A stretch of 64,000 nt of DNA, taken from NCBI GenBank assembly GCA_031417835.1, contig JANOWJ010000138.1, positions 58,129 to 122,128 on the forward strand, in the 5' to 3' direction. Numbering within the stretch: position 1 is the stretch's first letter; the number at the start of each line of letters is the position of its first letter. The DNA comes from Saprospiraceae bacterium. Lineage in GTDB: Bacteria > Bacteroidota > Bacteroidia > Chitinophagales > Saprospiraceae. This document shows, one piece after another, positions 48,407 to 58,516 of the stretch. The translations under genes were made by a program, and so were the position numbers. The notes beneath the pieces are model-generated. The model had not been told where the DNA came from. It did not search any database and saw only the letters and a program-made list of their open reading frames with translations.

Positions 48407-51232
48407 TTATTTCAAGGGGGTTAAAGTCACCGGTCCAATCAGCCCAGAAGGTTTTGGCTCCCAACTTGAAGCATCAAACAGTCCGTTTTTACTATTTTCT
48501 CGCCTTCTGGCAGGCATATTGATATTGTAAAATTTTTTCCAGTTCATCTTATTCCGATCGAGGTAGGCGATCCTGTTGGCCATCAGATTAGCAACGATGA
48601 TTTCCAGTTTATTTGTTTTTTGAAATGCACTTGTGGGAATGATGCATTGAAATATCGGACCGATGAGAGTGGATGCTTTTTGCCCATTCAAAAAGACTTC
48701 TGCAGTCTCATGGACTTTACCCAGATTTAATAAATAGGTTGTCGCTGGCCCATCTGGCTTAGCTAGATGAATGGTATACTTTGCGGTACCCGAAAAATCT
48801 TTTGTTGCATTACCAGACCAGTTAGTCCAAGAACCCAATGTACTCGTAATGACCTCCGCAGGCAATTCGGGGCCACCGTCCAGAAATGTAATCGTCCAAT
48901 CGCTTTTTATCTCTTGGGGTGCGGCACTGGTGTCGATATAAGACCAGGCTGCCCCTGTCTTTTTGGAAGCATATGACTGGATGATGATGGACTCATATGA
49001 CTGTAATTGAATCTTCACTTCGATAGCTCCCTGATTATTTTTTCTTGTTTTTGCTAAACCGTATTTGCCGGTCATAGGATCAAATAAACCGAGTGTAGGG
49101 GACTGAAGACCCATATTGATCCAATCATCAAATGCATGCTCGGAGCGATTATTGATAAAATACATGGTTCCTTGAGTATTTTTTCGTCGTAATACAGACA
49201 AATCTTTTTCTACATAACTTTCTTTTATTACTTTGACCGCTTTCAGCATTTCATGTAGATCATCGCTGATATAAAAAGCTCCTTTACCAATGGTAGATTT
49301 AAGCATTCTCCCAATCGGTGCAAATTGCAGTTGATCCTTTAATTGATTAAACAATTTTCTATTGTCTGCAAGATTACTGAGTCCGGGCACATCGGTGGGT
49401 ATGCTTTTATAAATGAGGATCTGTGCACCTGCTTTAGCCAATTGCATCAATTTTTGGAACGCCTGAGCGGTTATCAATTTATTGGCAGGGAGCAGGATAG
49501 TCCGATATGCATGGCCACTACTGAGGATCCTTTGGCCTGAGGGGACGAACTTTTTCAATTGTCGTTCAGAAAAGAAATCAAAACTGTAACCATTCTGAAG
49601 AAGTGTTTTGGCCACATGTTCAAATTCTGTGTTTTCAAAATTTCGTTCCATACCATCAAAATGTTGTAATAAAGTATTGCCTGGAATCGAATAGCGATCG
49701 CCAATAGGATAATATAATAGGATATCATTATCATGCCTGCTGTTTTGTAAAAAGGACTGCACTCTGGTGATATATTGATTAAGGGCGTGGAAGTCTTTCC
49801 ATTGGGGATTGACCGGTTGAAATTGTACTGCCGCATAAAATAGCCAACCGGGCCAGGTGGCATTTTTTGGGGAATAAGCAGTACCATGATAAAAGATATG
49901 ATTGACACCTCCTAGGAAATAAAGGTCAATCGCTTTTTTTACATCGCCCCAGGAAGATAGAAAGTGTTCATCAAGCCAAGTAGCAGACTCTGCGGATACC
50001 AATTTTTTGCCGCTGACATTCGCTGCGGAAGTTGCAAATTTGAATCTCAGAATGTCAGTACCTTCTGTCTCTGGGATATCCACTACGCTATAAAGATCCA
50101 ACGTATTGGCCGGAGACCCATGAGATTGATTTCTGATGATCTTACCTTTACCGACGGCCCAAGCTTTCCATTGGTTAGTAAAATCTTCCAAAATCAATTG
50201 ATCGATTACAGTTCGATAGTCATAGATGACCCTACTTATTAGTTCTGAATCTCCTTGTCCGAATAATGCGGGCAATTGCTCCCTGAGGTCATATCCTTTA
50301 AAAGACTTAAACTTTTCCAGTAGTCCTGGGGTCCAGTTGGCTTGGCCTCGGGCATCATCTACTTCGTAGGAATCATTGAAAAAGCCTCGTAAGTAAGAGA
50401 GATCCTGACCTTTAAATGCCCTATCAAATGGAGTGAAATATTTTTTTGCTGCTGTCGCCGAAAAATGATCTATCGCATAGCCTTCACCACCAGGGGCCGC
50501 TCGTTCGACCATTTTGCCATGAAGACCTTCAAACAATGCATATAATGTCCACGGCACTGTCGATGGGGGTGCGATCCAGAGCAGTCTACCACTAGAATCC
50601 ACCAGATTGGTGAGGTCTAAAGTTTGGTTGTCGTTATACCCCATAAGGCATTTTAGTGGCAATGGACCTGGATATTGTATTTGGTCAAGTGCTAAAGATT
50701 GTAAATTGTGGTTGCGAGATACCGGTTTTAAAATCGTGTCTATACTTGCCGGTTTATTATTGGCAGTCCTCACCCATGCATCTTGATAGTACTGGATTAA
50801 CTCTTTTAATTGGGCCCCACCTTCGAGGGTATATCGTTTATGCATAATCGTTTTACTTGCATCCGTATCGGCGACCCAAGGTCCTCCGAAAGGCCACCCA
50901 GTACCATTGGCCATATCGACACCAAGGCCTAATCGTTTACTTTCTTTGAGCGTATGCTGCAACAATTGCATCCATGCCGGTGATAAAAAATTCACAAACT
51001 CATTTTCATGATCATAGACCCCATAGATAGGGGTGATCTCTGTGCCACCGAGTCCTGCCTTTTTATATTCTTCAAGGTTCCAGGTGAGATCTTTTGTATT
51101 GACGGCACTGCCTTGCCACCACCACCGCGTCCACGGTTTTGTAGTAGCAGTGACGGTTGGCCATTGAAGTTGACCGTAAGCCATGGCAACAAAAAATTGT
51201 ACGGCGAATATTAGAATTATTTTTTTCAACAT
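48407..51232 (-). CDS. Secreted glycoside hydrolase, GH106-like (alpha-L-rhamnosidase family) with C-terminal galactose-binding-like domain
   Basis: Signal peptide. N-terminal KPWTRWWWQGSAV...GLGGTEITPIYGV as I recall for GH106-type proteins. The family call is from memory only; the CDS itself is solid (941 aa). Confidence 0.6.
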   Translation of the reverse strand: MLKKIILIFAVQFFVAMAYGQLQWPTVTATTKPWTRWWWQGSAVNTKDLTWNLEEYKKAGLGGTEITPIYGVYDHENEFVNFLSPAWMQLLQHTLKESKRLGLGVDMANGTGWPFGGPWVADTDASKTIMHKRYTLEGGAQLKELIQYYQDAWVRTANNKPASIDTILKPVSRNHNLQSLALDQIQYPGPLPLKCLMGYNDNQTLDLTNLVDSSGRLLWIAPPSTVPWTLYALFEGLHGKMVERAAPGGEGYAIDHFSATAAKKYFTPFDRAFKGQDLSYLRGFFNDSYEVDDARGQANWTPGLLEKFKSFKGYDLREQLPALFGQGDSELISRVIYDYRTVIDQLILEDFTNQWKAWAVGKGKIIRNQSHGSPANTLDLYSVVDIPETEGTDILRFKFATSAANVSGKKLVSAESATWLDEHFLSSWGDVKKAIDLYFLGGVNHIFYHGTAYSPKNATWPGWLFYAAVQFQPVNPQWKDFHALNQYITRVQSFLQNSRHDNDILLYYPIGDRYSIPGNTLLQHFDGMERNFENTEFEHVAKTLLQNGYSFDFFSERQLKKFVPSGQRILSSGHAYRTILLPANKLITAQAFQKLMQLAKAGAQILIYKSIPTDVPGLSNLADNRKLFNQLKDQLQFAPIGRMLKSTIGKGAFYISDDLHEMLKAVKVIKESYVEKDLSVLRRKNTQGTMYFINNRSEHAFDDWINMGLQSPTLGLFDPMTGKYGLAKTRKNNQGAIEVKIQLQSYESIIIQSYASKKTGAAWSYIDTSAAPQEIKSDWTITFLDGGPELPAEVITSTLGSWTNWSGNATKDFSGTAKYTIHLAKPDGPATTYLLNLGKVHETAEVFLNGQKASTLIGPIFQCIIPTSAFQKTNKLEIIVANLMANRIAYLDRNKMNWKKFYNINMPARRRENSKNGLFDASSWEPKPSGLIGPVTLTPLK

Positions 51233-51262
51233 GGCGATAATTAGAATGATTGCTATTCGGAT

Positions 51263-51553
51263 TTAATCCTGTTTTTTTATTGCTACAGCATACACATCCG
51301 TATGACCTTCAAAATTGGCCCTGAAGATAATCCGTTTGCCATACGGGCTGAAGTGCACATTAGGCTCTAATTTGTAACTATGATGTTGCATATTCACTAG
51401 TTTTCGTGATCGCAGACTATCACCTGATATTGTGTAGCTGTATATCCATTGCCCATCCATCGCTTTTGCCACCTGTCCGGACCCACCATCACCTGCAAAC
51501 ATTTTTTTATCAGGAGAACTATTAAAATGGATGCTCCATTCATCTCGTTTCAT
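51263..51553 (-). pseudogene. Probable C-terminal fragment of an oligogalacturonate-lyase-like (PL22) beta-propeller gene
   Basis: 96-aa ORF. FAGDGG...DGQWIYSY...KLVNMQHHSYKLEPNVHFSPYGKRIIFRANFEGHTDVYAV resembles the last blades of PL22 proteins (normally about 400 aa). No continuation upstream in any frame. Confidence 0.45.
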
Positions 51554-51803
51554 CTGTACTATGAATAACCCGCAGAAGATAAATTTGTAAGAAAAAACAA
51601 ATTTTTTAACGCCTTACAAGTATAAATATAATCTAAAATCCAAAAAGGATTCGATTCTTTCAAATTTAATCTAAATCAATCAAGCCAAATTTTTAGGCTA
51701 TTGATGAAGACCTTGTTGTGAGTACCAGAATTGGGGGTTGAAATAAAATCAAGCAAGGCTTTCGATTTGTTTATTATATTCAATCTTCGAATAAATATAT
51801 TTT

Positions 51804-53126
51804 ATGAAAAAACGTACAATTTCATCTTTTGACAGAAGGACATTTATTAAAACATCCACCACGGGATTGGCAGGGTTTTTTATAGTACCTCGCCATGTAC
51901 TCGGTGGAAAACGACCTGACGGCACAGTATACCTTGCGCCCAGTGATAAGATATCGTTGGGGTTTATTGGTACCGGCAAGCAAGGTCGCGGATTAACTAC
52001 TACTTTCTTGAACACTGGAGAAATCCGAATTGCGGCCTTAAGCGAGGTTTATAGGGCTAAGGCTGAACTTACGCATGACAAAATCAAAGAGACCTTACAA
52101 AAATTTCCTTCGCTGGGTACTTATGAGCACATTCCGATTTATAATGATTTTAGAGAATTATTAAATAGAAAAGATATTGACGGCGTAGTGATAGCCACGC
52201 CGGATCACCTGCATGCGGCGATTGCCGTCAGGGCAGCGGCGGCAGGTAAAGACATTTATGGTGAAAAACCACTGGCTCTCACGATCAAGGAAGGGCGTGC
52301 AATGGTCAATGCAACGCGCAAATACAATCGGGTATTTCAGACTGGTAGTATGCAACGGTCTTGGCCGGAATTTAGACAAGCTGCTGAACTGATTCGTAAT
52401 GGTTATCTCGGTGAGATAAAGTCGATTAAAGTCAATGTAGGTCCCCCACCCATCAAATACAGTCTGGCCGCAGAGCCTATACCGGAAGGCCTGGATTGGA
52501 GTACCTGGCTCGGGCCAAATGAACCAGTGGCGTTTAATGCGGAACTTGCTCCTCCTACGAGTAAGGATGTGTTTCCCAATTGGCGATTGTATAAAGAATT
52601 CGGTGGTGGCATGGTCACTGACTGGGGTGCTCATATGTTTGATATAGTCCAGTGGGCGCTCGACATGGATCACAGCGGTCCTGTAGAGGTGTTGCCACCA
52701 GGGGGTGATAGAAAATTCTTAACGTATAGGTATAAAAATGGGGTGACGATGACGCACGAGCCTTTTGATTGGAATAATGCGATTCATTTTATAGGCACAT
52801 CTGGTGAAATGAAATTGCAGCGTCGAAAAATGGAAACCACGCCATCTACCTTAAAAGATAAGGTAATCGGGGCTACAGAGAAACATGTCTATAAAAGTGA
52901 AAATCATTACTTAGATTTCTTAGCCGCGATGCGATCTCGTAAAAAACCAATTTGCGATGTTGAAATAGGGCATCGCACAGCTACTGTATGTACCCTCGGC
53001 AATATAGCTTATCAACTCGGTCGGACTTTGAAATGGAATCCAAAGAAAGAAAAATTTAAAGGTGATCAGGAAGCGAATGCTTTATTGGGGCGAAAGATGA
53101 ATGCAGCATGGGGGATTGAACTATAA
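51804..53126 (+). CDS. Gfo/Idh/MocA-family oxidoreductase with Tat leader
   Basis: SFDRRTFIKTSTTGLAGFF leader, ISLGFIGTGKQG Rossmann segment, ATPDHLH and GEKPLA motifs. 440 aa. Confidence 0.85.
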   Translation: MKKRTISSFDRRTFIKTSTTGLAGFFIVPRHVLGGKRPDGTVYLAPSDKISLGFIGTGKQGRGLTTTFLNTGEIRIAALSEVYRAKAELTHDKIKETLQKFPSLGTYEHIPIYNDFRELLNRKDIDGVVIATPDHLHAAIAVRAAAAGKDIYGEKPLALTIKEGRAMVNATRKYNRVFQTGSMQRSWPEFRQAAELIRNGYLGEIKSIKVNVGPPPIKYSLAAEPIPEGLDWSTWLGPNEPVAFNAELAPPTSKDVFPNWRLYKEFGGGMVTDWGAHMFDIVQWALDMDHSGPVEVLPPGGDRKFLTYRYKNGVTMTHEPFDWNNAIHFIGTSGEMKLQRRKMETTPSTLKDKVIGATEKHVYKSENHYLDFLAAMRSRKKPICDVEIGHRTATVCTLGNIAYQLGRTLKWNPKKEKFKGDQEANALLGRKMNAAWGIEL

Positions 53127-53231
53127 GTTTTCCTCTTATCTAAATCAATTTGTAAGAACTTTTTTCGCATAACATCAGGTACACTTTAAAAAAGCCTCAC
53201 ATTCATTGCTCCTAAAATACAAACAATAAAT

Positions 53232-54620
53232 ATGGTAATGAAAAACAATGTTGCTTTTATTGTCCTCTTTTGCCTTTGTTTAATTCATTCTAGTATCGCG
53301 CAGCGTACAGCTACTCCTAATATCATTATCGTATTAGTAGATGATATGGGTTATGGCGATTTAGGGTGTTATGGTCAAAAGCTTATTCCAACTCCTTTTC
53401 TCGACCGTATGGCCGAGGAAGGATGTCGATTTACAGATTTTTACTCCGGCAGTACGGTATGCGCGCCATCCAGATGTGCCTTGATGACGGGCAAGGATAT
53501 GGGCCATGCCTATATCAGAGGCAATAAAGAAACGCCATTGCGGGATTCAGACCTGACTATACCCAGATTGGCAAAAAAGCAAGGTTATCGTACAGGGATG
53601 TTTGGTAAATGGGGGTTAGGCCTTGCAACGAATTCCGGCTCTCCGGAAAGACAAGGGTGGGATGAGTTTTTAGGGTATTTAGATCATAGGCATGCTCATA
53701 ATTTTTATGTAAAAAATCTGTGGGAAACGAATCAGGGCGTAACAAAATCTCATCCTATGGACACCACCCAACATACAGCACCTTATATTTTTAAGGCGGC
53801 ATTACATTTTATTCGCAAACATAGTCAGGATCCATTTTTATTATACCTGCCGATGACCTTGCCGCATGCAGAGACTTCTATCCCGACCGATGAATCCATC
53901 GCCCCATTTCTAAACTCAACTGGTAAAAGTATATTTCCGGAGACCCCATTTATAAAGGGAAGTGGCATGAGTGTCACATATGATTCCCAAGCTATGCCCA
54001 ATGCAGCCACTGCCGCTATGATAAGACAGATCGATCTGGATATGGGTGCATTGATGGCCTTATTGAAAGAATTGAATTTAGATAAAAACACCTACGTGTT
54101 TTTTACATCCGATAATGGCCCACATCAGGAAGGTGGTAGGAATGTCAAACAATTTGAAAGTACCGCCGGACTCAGAGGTTTTAAGCGAGATTTGTATGAA
54201 GGCGGTATACGGGTGCCTACGATAGCCTGGGGTATGGGCTTGAGCAAAAAATTAATTCATGAACCACTCGCCAATTGGGACTTTCTCCCAACGATTGCAG
54301 ATATCCTCAAAATTGAAAAACCCAAAGACATCAATGGTAGTTCGTTTTTAAATGTCTTGCGTACCACTCGTTTTAAACCAGTTCATTCTTACTTGTATTG
54401 GGAGTTTTTTGAACGTGGTTTCGATCAGGCGATCAGAAAAGGCAAATGGAAAGCGATTAGACGCAGTGTAAATGGATCTAAATTGGAACTCTATAATCTG
54501 AGTACGGATCCATCTGAAAATCTTGATGTAGCGATGCAAAATCCTTTAATAGTAAAGGAAATGGAAAGTTTGTTTTTAAATGCGAGAGAGGAATCGGTGG
54601 ATTATCCGATTAAAAAATGA
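53232..54620 (+). CDS. Secreted arylsulfatase (formylglycine-dependent sulfatase family)
   Basis: Signal peptide, VDDMGYGDLG, CAPSRCALMTG (C-x-P-x-R) and SDNGP. 462 aa. Confidence 0.9.
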   Translation: MVMKNNVAFIVLFCLCLIHSSIAQRTATPNIIIVLVDDMGYGDLGCYGQKLIPTPFLDRMAEEGCRFTDFYSGSTVCAPSRCALMTGKDMGHAYIRGNKETPLRDSDLTIPRLAKKQGYRTGMFGKWGLGLATNSGSPERQGWDEFLGYLDHRHAHNFYVKNLWETNQGVTKSHPMDTTQHTAPYIFKAALHFIRKHSQDPFLLYLPMTLPHAETSIPTDESIAPFLNSTGKSIFPETPFIKGSGMSVTYDSQAMPNAATAAMIRQIDLDMGALMALLKELNLDKNTYVFFTSDNGPHQEGGRNVKQFESTAGLRGFKRDLYEGGIRVPTIAWGMGLSKKLIHEPLANWDFLPTIADILKIEKPKDINGSSFLNVLRTTRFKPVHSYLYWEFFERGFDQAIRKGKWKAIRRSVNGSKLELYNLSTDPSENLDVAMQNPLIVKEMESLFLNAREESVDYPIKK

Positions 54621-54824
54621 AGTGAAATATAGTTGCATTAAACATAGAATGTCTTCTAATGTTAGTGATTCCACAACGTGTAAAATCAATTCCTTGATAT
54701 GAAAAAATAAGACATGAAGGAAAATTGCATCATCAGATCATTTCGAATGGATATCCTTTGATTTTTTTTCAAACCGATAGTCGCCAGGATTACATTTATG
54801 GCGAATCTTAGCCCAGATATCTAA

Positions 54825-56906
54825 TTGTTTACTACATTTCGATTTCTTATGCTAAAGAACCTGCCTTCAAATATATTGGTGTTATGTTGTTTGATCATGG
54901 CATGTCAGGATCTGCAAAAACCGGGCTCGGCCATGGATAGATCCCTTGCCGACGAAAATCAAACTCAAGATTGGCCCGCCTATGGACGGACGCACAACGA
55001 GCGTCGCTTCAGTCCATTGATTGCGATGGATACCAATACTGTAAGTAATCTCAAGGTGGATTGGTATATTGACTTACCTAATGATAGAGGTTTGGTATCT
55101 ACTCCTCTTGTCATCGATGGGGTGATGTACTTCACCGGTACGGCCAATATCGTACGGGCAGTAGATGCTACATCCGGTAAAATGATCTGGACTTATGACC
55201 CTGAAAATGCTAAACATATTGGCAAGCATCGCCGCACAGGTTGGTCTCACAGTAGAGGAATCTCTTTTTATCAAGGCAAAATATTTAATGCTACCTGGGA
55301 TGGAAGATTGATGGCACTGGATGCTAAAACCGGTTTACAAATATGGAGTGTACAGACTACGGATCCGAAAAAAGCATTTACGATCACCGGCGCACCGAAA
55401 ACCTTTAAAAATAAAGTATTAATAGGCAATGGCGGTGCAGAAGCTGGGCCCAATAGAGGGTATGTCACTGCCTATGATACAGAGACAGGTCGACAAGCCT
55501 GGAGATTTTATATCGTACCTGGCAATCCCTCTGAAGGTTTTGAAAATGAAGCAATGAAAATGGCTGCAGAGACCTGGACCGGAGAATGGTGGAAATTGGG
55601 TGGAGGCGGTCATGCCTGGCATGGATTTACCTACGACGCCGACCTCGATGTATTGTATATTGGTACAGGTAATGGCGGACCTTGGAATAGAAATATCCGC
55701 AGTCCGCAGGGAGGAGATAATCTTTTCCTTTGTTCTATCGTCGCACTAGATCCTGATGATGGGACTTACCTCTGGCATTACCAGACTACTCCGGGTGAGA
55801 GTTGGGATTACAATTCCAATATGGATATCGTATTGGCCGACTTGATGGTCGAGGGGAAAATCACTAAATGTATATTGCACGCGCCAAAAAATGGATTTTT
55901 TTATGTGATCAATCGCGAGACTGGCAAATTGATCTCCGCAGAACCTTTTGTAGAAACCTCATGGGCCTCACACATTGATGTCAAAACCGGTCGACCCGTA
56001 GAAGTGCCGGGTGCCAGATACCACAATGATACTTTTCAGCTCACTCCCGGGCCTCACGGTGCTCACAGTTGGCATGCTATGTCCTACAATCCTCTGACAG
56101 GACTTGCCTATATCCCTACGATCCACGATGCCTTGGCCTATTCAGATGTAGGAGTAGATACCCATTTTGTATCCCTTGATTTTAAAGGCGGTATTGGTGC
56201 GAAATTATATCCACCCAAAAAACAACCAAGATCCTATCCGGGATCTTTGCAGGCCTGGGATCCTATTCAACAAAAAATGATCTGGTCGCATCCCCAAAAT
56301 GAATTGTGGAATGCAGGTACACTGACTACGGCAGGTTATTTAGTTTTTCAGGGCAGAGCTGATGGGAAATTATTGGCTTATCATGCAGCTACCGGTAAGA
56401 TCTTGTGGGCCTTTGATACAGGACTTGGTATTTCTGCACCGCCGATCACCTATAGTATCCATGGTATACAATACCTTGCTCTATTAGTAGGGTGGGGTGG
56501 CGCATTTGCGGGTGTAGGTGATAAGGCTTTGGGGTGGGACTATGGTAAACACATGCGCAGACTAATCACATTTTCATTAGATGGGAAAGTAGATCTACCC
56601 CCTTTGCCACCGCCATTTTTTCCACTACCATTGCCAGCGCCTGAGTTTAACATAGATCCTAAACTGGTTACAATAGGAGCTGGAGAATATGGCCCTTGTC
56701 GCAACTGTCATGGCGGCAATGCGATATCGATGGGTATGGCTCCTGATCTGAGGGCATCTGCTATACCCTTAAATTTAAATTTATTCAGACAAGTAGTGAA
56801 GCATGGATCCAGTCTCAGCAAAGGCATGCCAAGTTATGCTCATATGACGGACGATCAGTTGACTGGTCTGATGCATTATATCCGCGAACGGGCTCGGGCA
56901 AAATAA
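54825..56906 (+). CDS. PQQ-dependent dehydrogenase of the methanol/ethanol family with C-terminal haem c domain (quinohaemoprotein); likely start ATG 54849
   Basis: ERRFSPL...VSNLKVDWY start of an 8-bladed propeller with repeated W-motifs. C-terminal CRNCH haem site and Met-containing tail. Lipoprotein-like leader LVLCCLIMAC. Confidence 0.9.
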   Translation: MFTTFRFLMLKNLPSNILVLCCLIMACQDLQKPGSAMDRSLADENQTQDWPAYGRTHNERRFSPLIAMDTNTVSNLKVDWYIDLPNDRGLVSTPLVIDGVMYFTGTANIVRAVDATSGKMIWTYDPENAKHIGKHRRTGWSHSRGISFYQGKIFNATWDGRLMALDAKTGLQIWSVQTTDPKKAFTITGAPKTFKNKVLIGNGGAEAGPNRGYVTAYDTETGRQAWRFYIVPGNPSEGFENEAMKMAAETWTGEWWKLGGGGHAWHGFTYDADLDVLYIGTGNGGPWNRNIRSPQGGDNLFLCSIVALDPDDGTYLWHYQTTPGESWDYNSNMDIVLADLMVEGKITKCILHAPKNGFFYVINRETGKLISAEPFVETSWASHIDVKTGRPVEVPGARYHNDTFQLTPGPHGAHSWHAMSYNPLTGLAYIPTIHDALAYSDVGVDTHFVSLDFKGGIGAKLYPPKKQPRSYPGSLQAWDPIQQKMIWSHPQNELWNAGTLTTAGYLVFQGRADGKLLAYHAATGKILWAFDTGLGISAPPITYSIHGIQYLALLVGWGGAFAGVGDKALGWDYGKHMRRLITFSLDGKVDLPPLPPPFFPLPLPAPEFNIDPKLVTIGAGEYGPCRNCHGGNAISMGMAPDLRASAIPLNLNLFRQVVKHGSSLSKGMPSYAHMTDDQLTGLMHYIRERARAK

Positions 56907-57067
56907 AATCAGTTTTTTAAAGGGTTGCTTGATGATTTGTCTACCAGCTTGATATGTTCAGCACCTTTTGGCAATATATTTTTTATGTGCAGTGCTGCGC
57001 CGATACGTACCCAAGTGCCTTGTCTCTAGTTAGATGAAGATCTATGTATCCATCAAGTCTTGTTGGA

Positions 57068-57229
57068 TTACTTTAAGTTTTTTATTTTAGGCGGGCCAAC
57101 AGATAGTAGCACTTTATTGGCCTTGTCCAACTTTTCTTGAAAAACAGGTAAGGATTTATATTTTTCCAAAGACTTGTCTATTCTGACTATTGGAATCTTT
57201 TTTTCGTTAAGCTCTTGTATCGTTTTCAT
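57068..57229 (-). CDS. Small hypothetical ORF (53 aa), below the ORF-track cutoff
   Basis: My translation: MKTIQELNEKKIPIVRIDKSLEKYKSLPVFQEKLDKANKVLLSVGPPKIKNLK. It starts 22 nt after the stop of the upstream 138-aa gene on the same strand. Coding status unproven. Confidence 0.35.
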   Translation of the reverse strand: MKTIQELNEKKIPIVRIDKSLEKYKSLPVFQEKLDKANKVLLSVGPPKIKNLK

Positions 57230-57250
57230 GCTAGAATAACTAAAGGTACG

Positions 57251-57667
57251 TTATTTTCGATGAACTACAAAAGCTGTGTAGTCAAAGTTTTTTTCAAATT
57301 CTTCCCATTCTCCGTCGCGCAATCCAAATATCAGAAAATCTTTTTGCGCTTCGTCAATATATTTTGCAATACCCATTCGATATAGACGAGTTCTGGATTG
57401 GGTACTTCCGGTGGCATATACCCAAGCATTTTCGTAAAAGTCAGTAAAAGAAAAACCGGCTGAGATTACAGTAGCCAATACGCGTTCACTATCCTCATTA
57501 TTTGAAATGGCTAGATCATCCAATTCACCTGATTCAAAGTCTTGATCTCCAAACGCTAAATTGTAATACCCCTCTAATGCGGTTTCACTGAATTTAATGA
57601 TCTTTGCTATGTTGCCTTTAGGGCCTTCGCTGGTGAATTCGAATACCATCATTGACTTTTTCAGCAA
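57251..57667 (-). CDS. Hypothetical protein (possibly DUF6934-like); likely start ATG 57652
   Basis: 138-aa ORF. FEFTSEGPKGNIAKIIKF...YNLAFGD...NNEDSERVLATV...GSTQSRTRLYRM. The family name is recalled, not verified. Confidence 0.6.
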   Translation of the reverse strand: MLKKSMMVFEFTSEGPKGNIAKIIKFSETALEGYYNLAFGDQDFESGELDDLAISNNEDSERVLATVISAGFSFTDFYENAWVYATGSTQSRTRLYRMGIAKYIDEAQKDFLIFGLRDGEWEEFEKNFDYTAFVVHRK

Positions 57668-57777
57668 TCAATTCGTATCGGGGCAATTTCATATTTGTAA
57701 ACGGAACATAAAATAAAGTAAATCTAATTGTTTAATAATTGCCTTCATAAAAAACAGTTATTGAATTTATTCCCGAT

Positions 57778-57932
57778 CGGTACAATGGATCTAAACTGGA
57801 GCTCTACGGTCTGAGTAAAAGTTGGTCAGAAAATCACAAGGGAGTTCACAAAATCCAATGAGCGCAAAGCAGAATGAAAGGTTGTTTTTAAGCGTTCGAG
57901 AGGATTTGATGAATTACCCATTTAAGTGGTAA
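57778..57932 (+). pseudogene. Relic of a sulfatase C-terminus (frameshifted paralog of the 3' end of 53232-54620)
   Basis: YNGSKLELYGLSKSWSEN aligns with VNGSKLELYNLSTDPSEN. After a frame change, ERLFLSVREDLMNYPFKW aligns with ESLFLNAREESVDYPIKK. Nucleotide similarity is visible (aatggatctaaactggagctctac vs aatggatctaaattggaactctat). Confidence 0.6.
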
Positions 57933-58051
57933 TCATTTTAAAGGATAATAATAAAATGAATCCTAATGGATCAACACAGCCAACGCTGGATACAGCAGAT
58001 TTCGATAAAGCGTAATGGTTATTAGCCTTGATTGGATTTATGTATGTTCGA

Positions 58052-58480
58052 TTATAGTCTTTGATATTTAACAATTATTCTTTTAGATGACATCGATTGC
58101 TCCTGAGCTGTATATTCATGAGTCATAGTCATCTGCGGCCCATTAAAAGTTAATTGATACGAAGTAGATATTTTTTTACCATCCATGTCTTGTTGGATGT
58201 CCAATAGGCTTCCATTCATTTTCCAGGAGGCAGTTTCACTTGGAATTTTGTTACAATCTTTTGGTATTTTCATAGTTTGCGTGCCATTTGATTCAAACAC
58301 ATACTCTATTTGGCTCATGCATGGAAAAACACCTTCCATCGTTTTTTGTAAATCATCTGTTTTGCCATCGGTCTTCTCCAAAATCATAGCAGTTCGTTTC
58401 CAACGACCTACGATGGACTGACCATCAGCAGTGCTTGTGATCCATATTAATATTAATGTAATGAAGGTTAATTTTTTCAT
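58052..58480 (-). CDS. Hypothetical secreted protein (lipocalin-like size and pattern)
   Basis: Signal peptide MKKLTFITLILIWITSTADGQ, then IVGRWK typical of lipocalin-like beta-barrels. 142 aa. Confidence 0.6.
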   Translation of the reverse strand: MKKLTFITLILIWITSTADGQSIVGRWKRTAMILEKTDGKTDDLQKTMEGVFPCMSQIEYVFESNGTQTMKIPKDCNKIPSETASWKMNGSLLDIQQDMDGKKISTSYQLTFNGPQMTMTHEYTAQEQSMSSKRIIVKYQRL

Positions 58481-58516
58481 TTTATTTTAGGTGTACATTG
58501 GGTTTAACAAATATTC

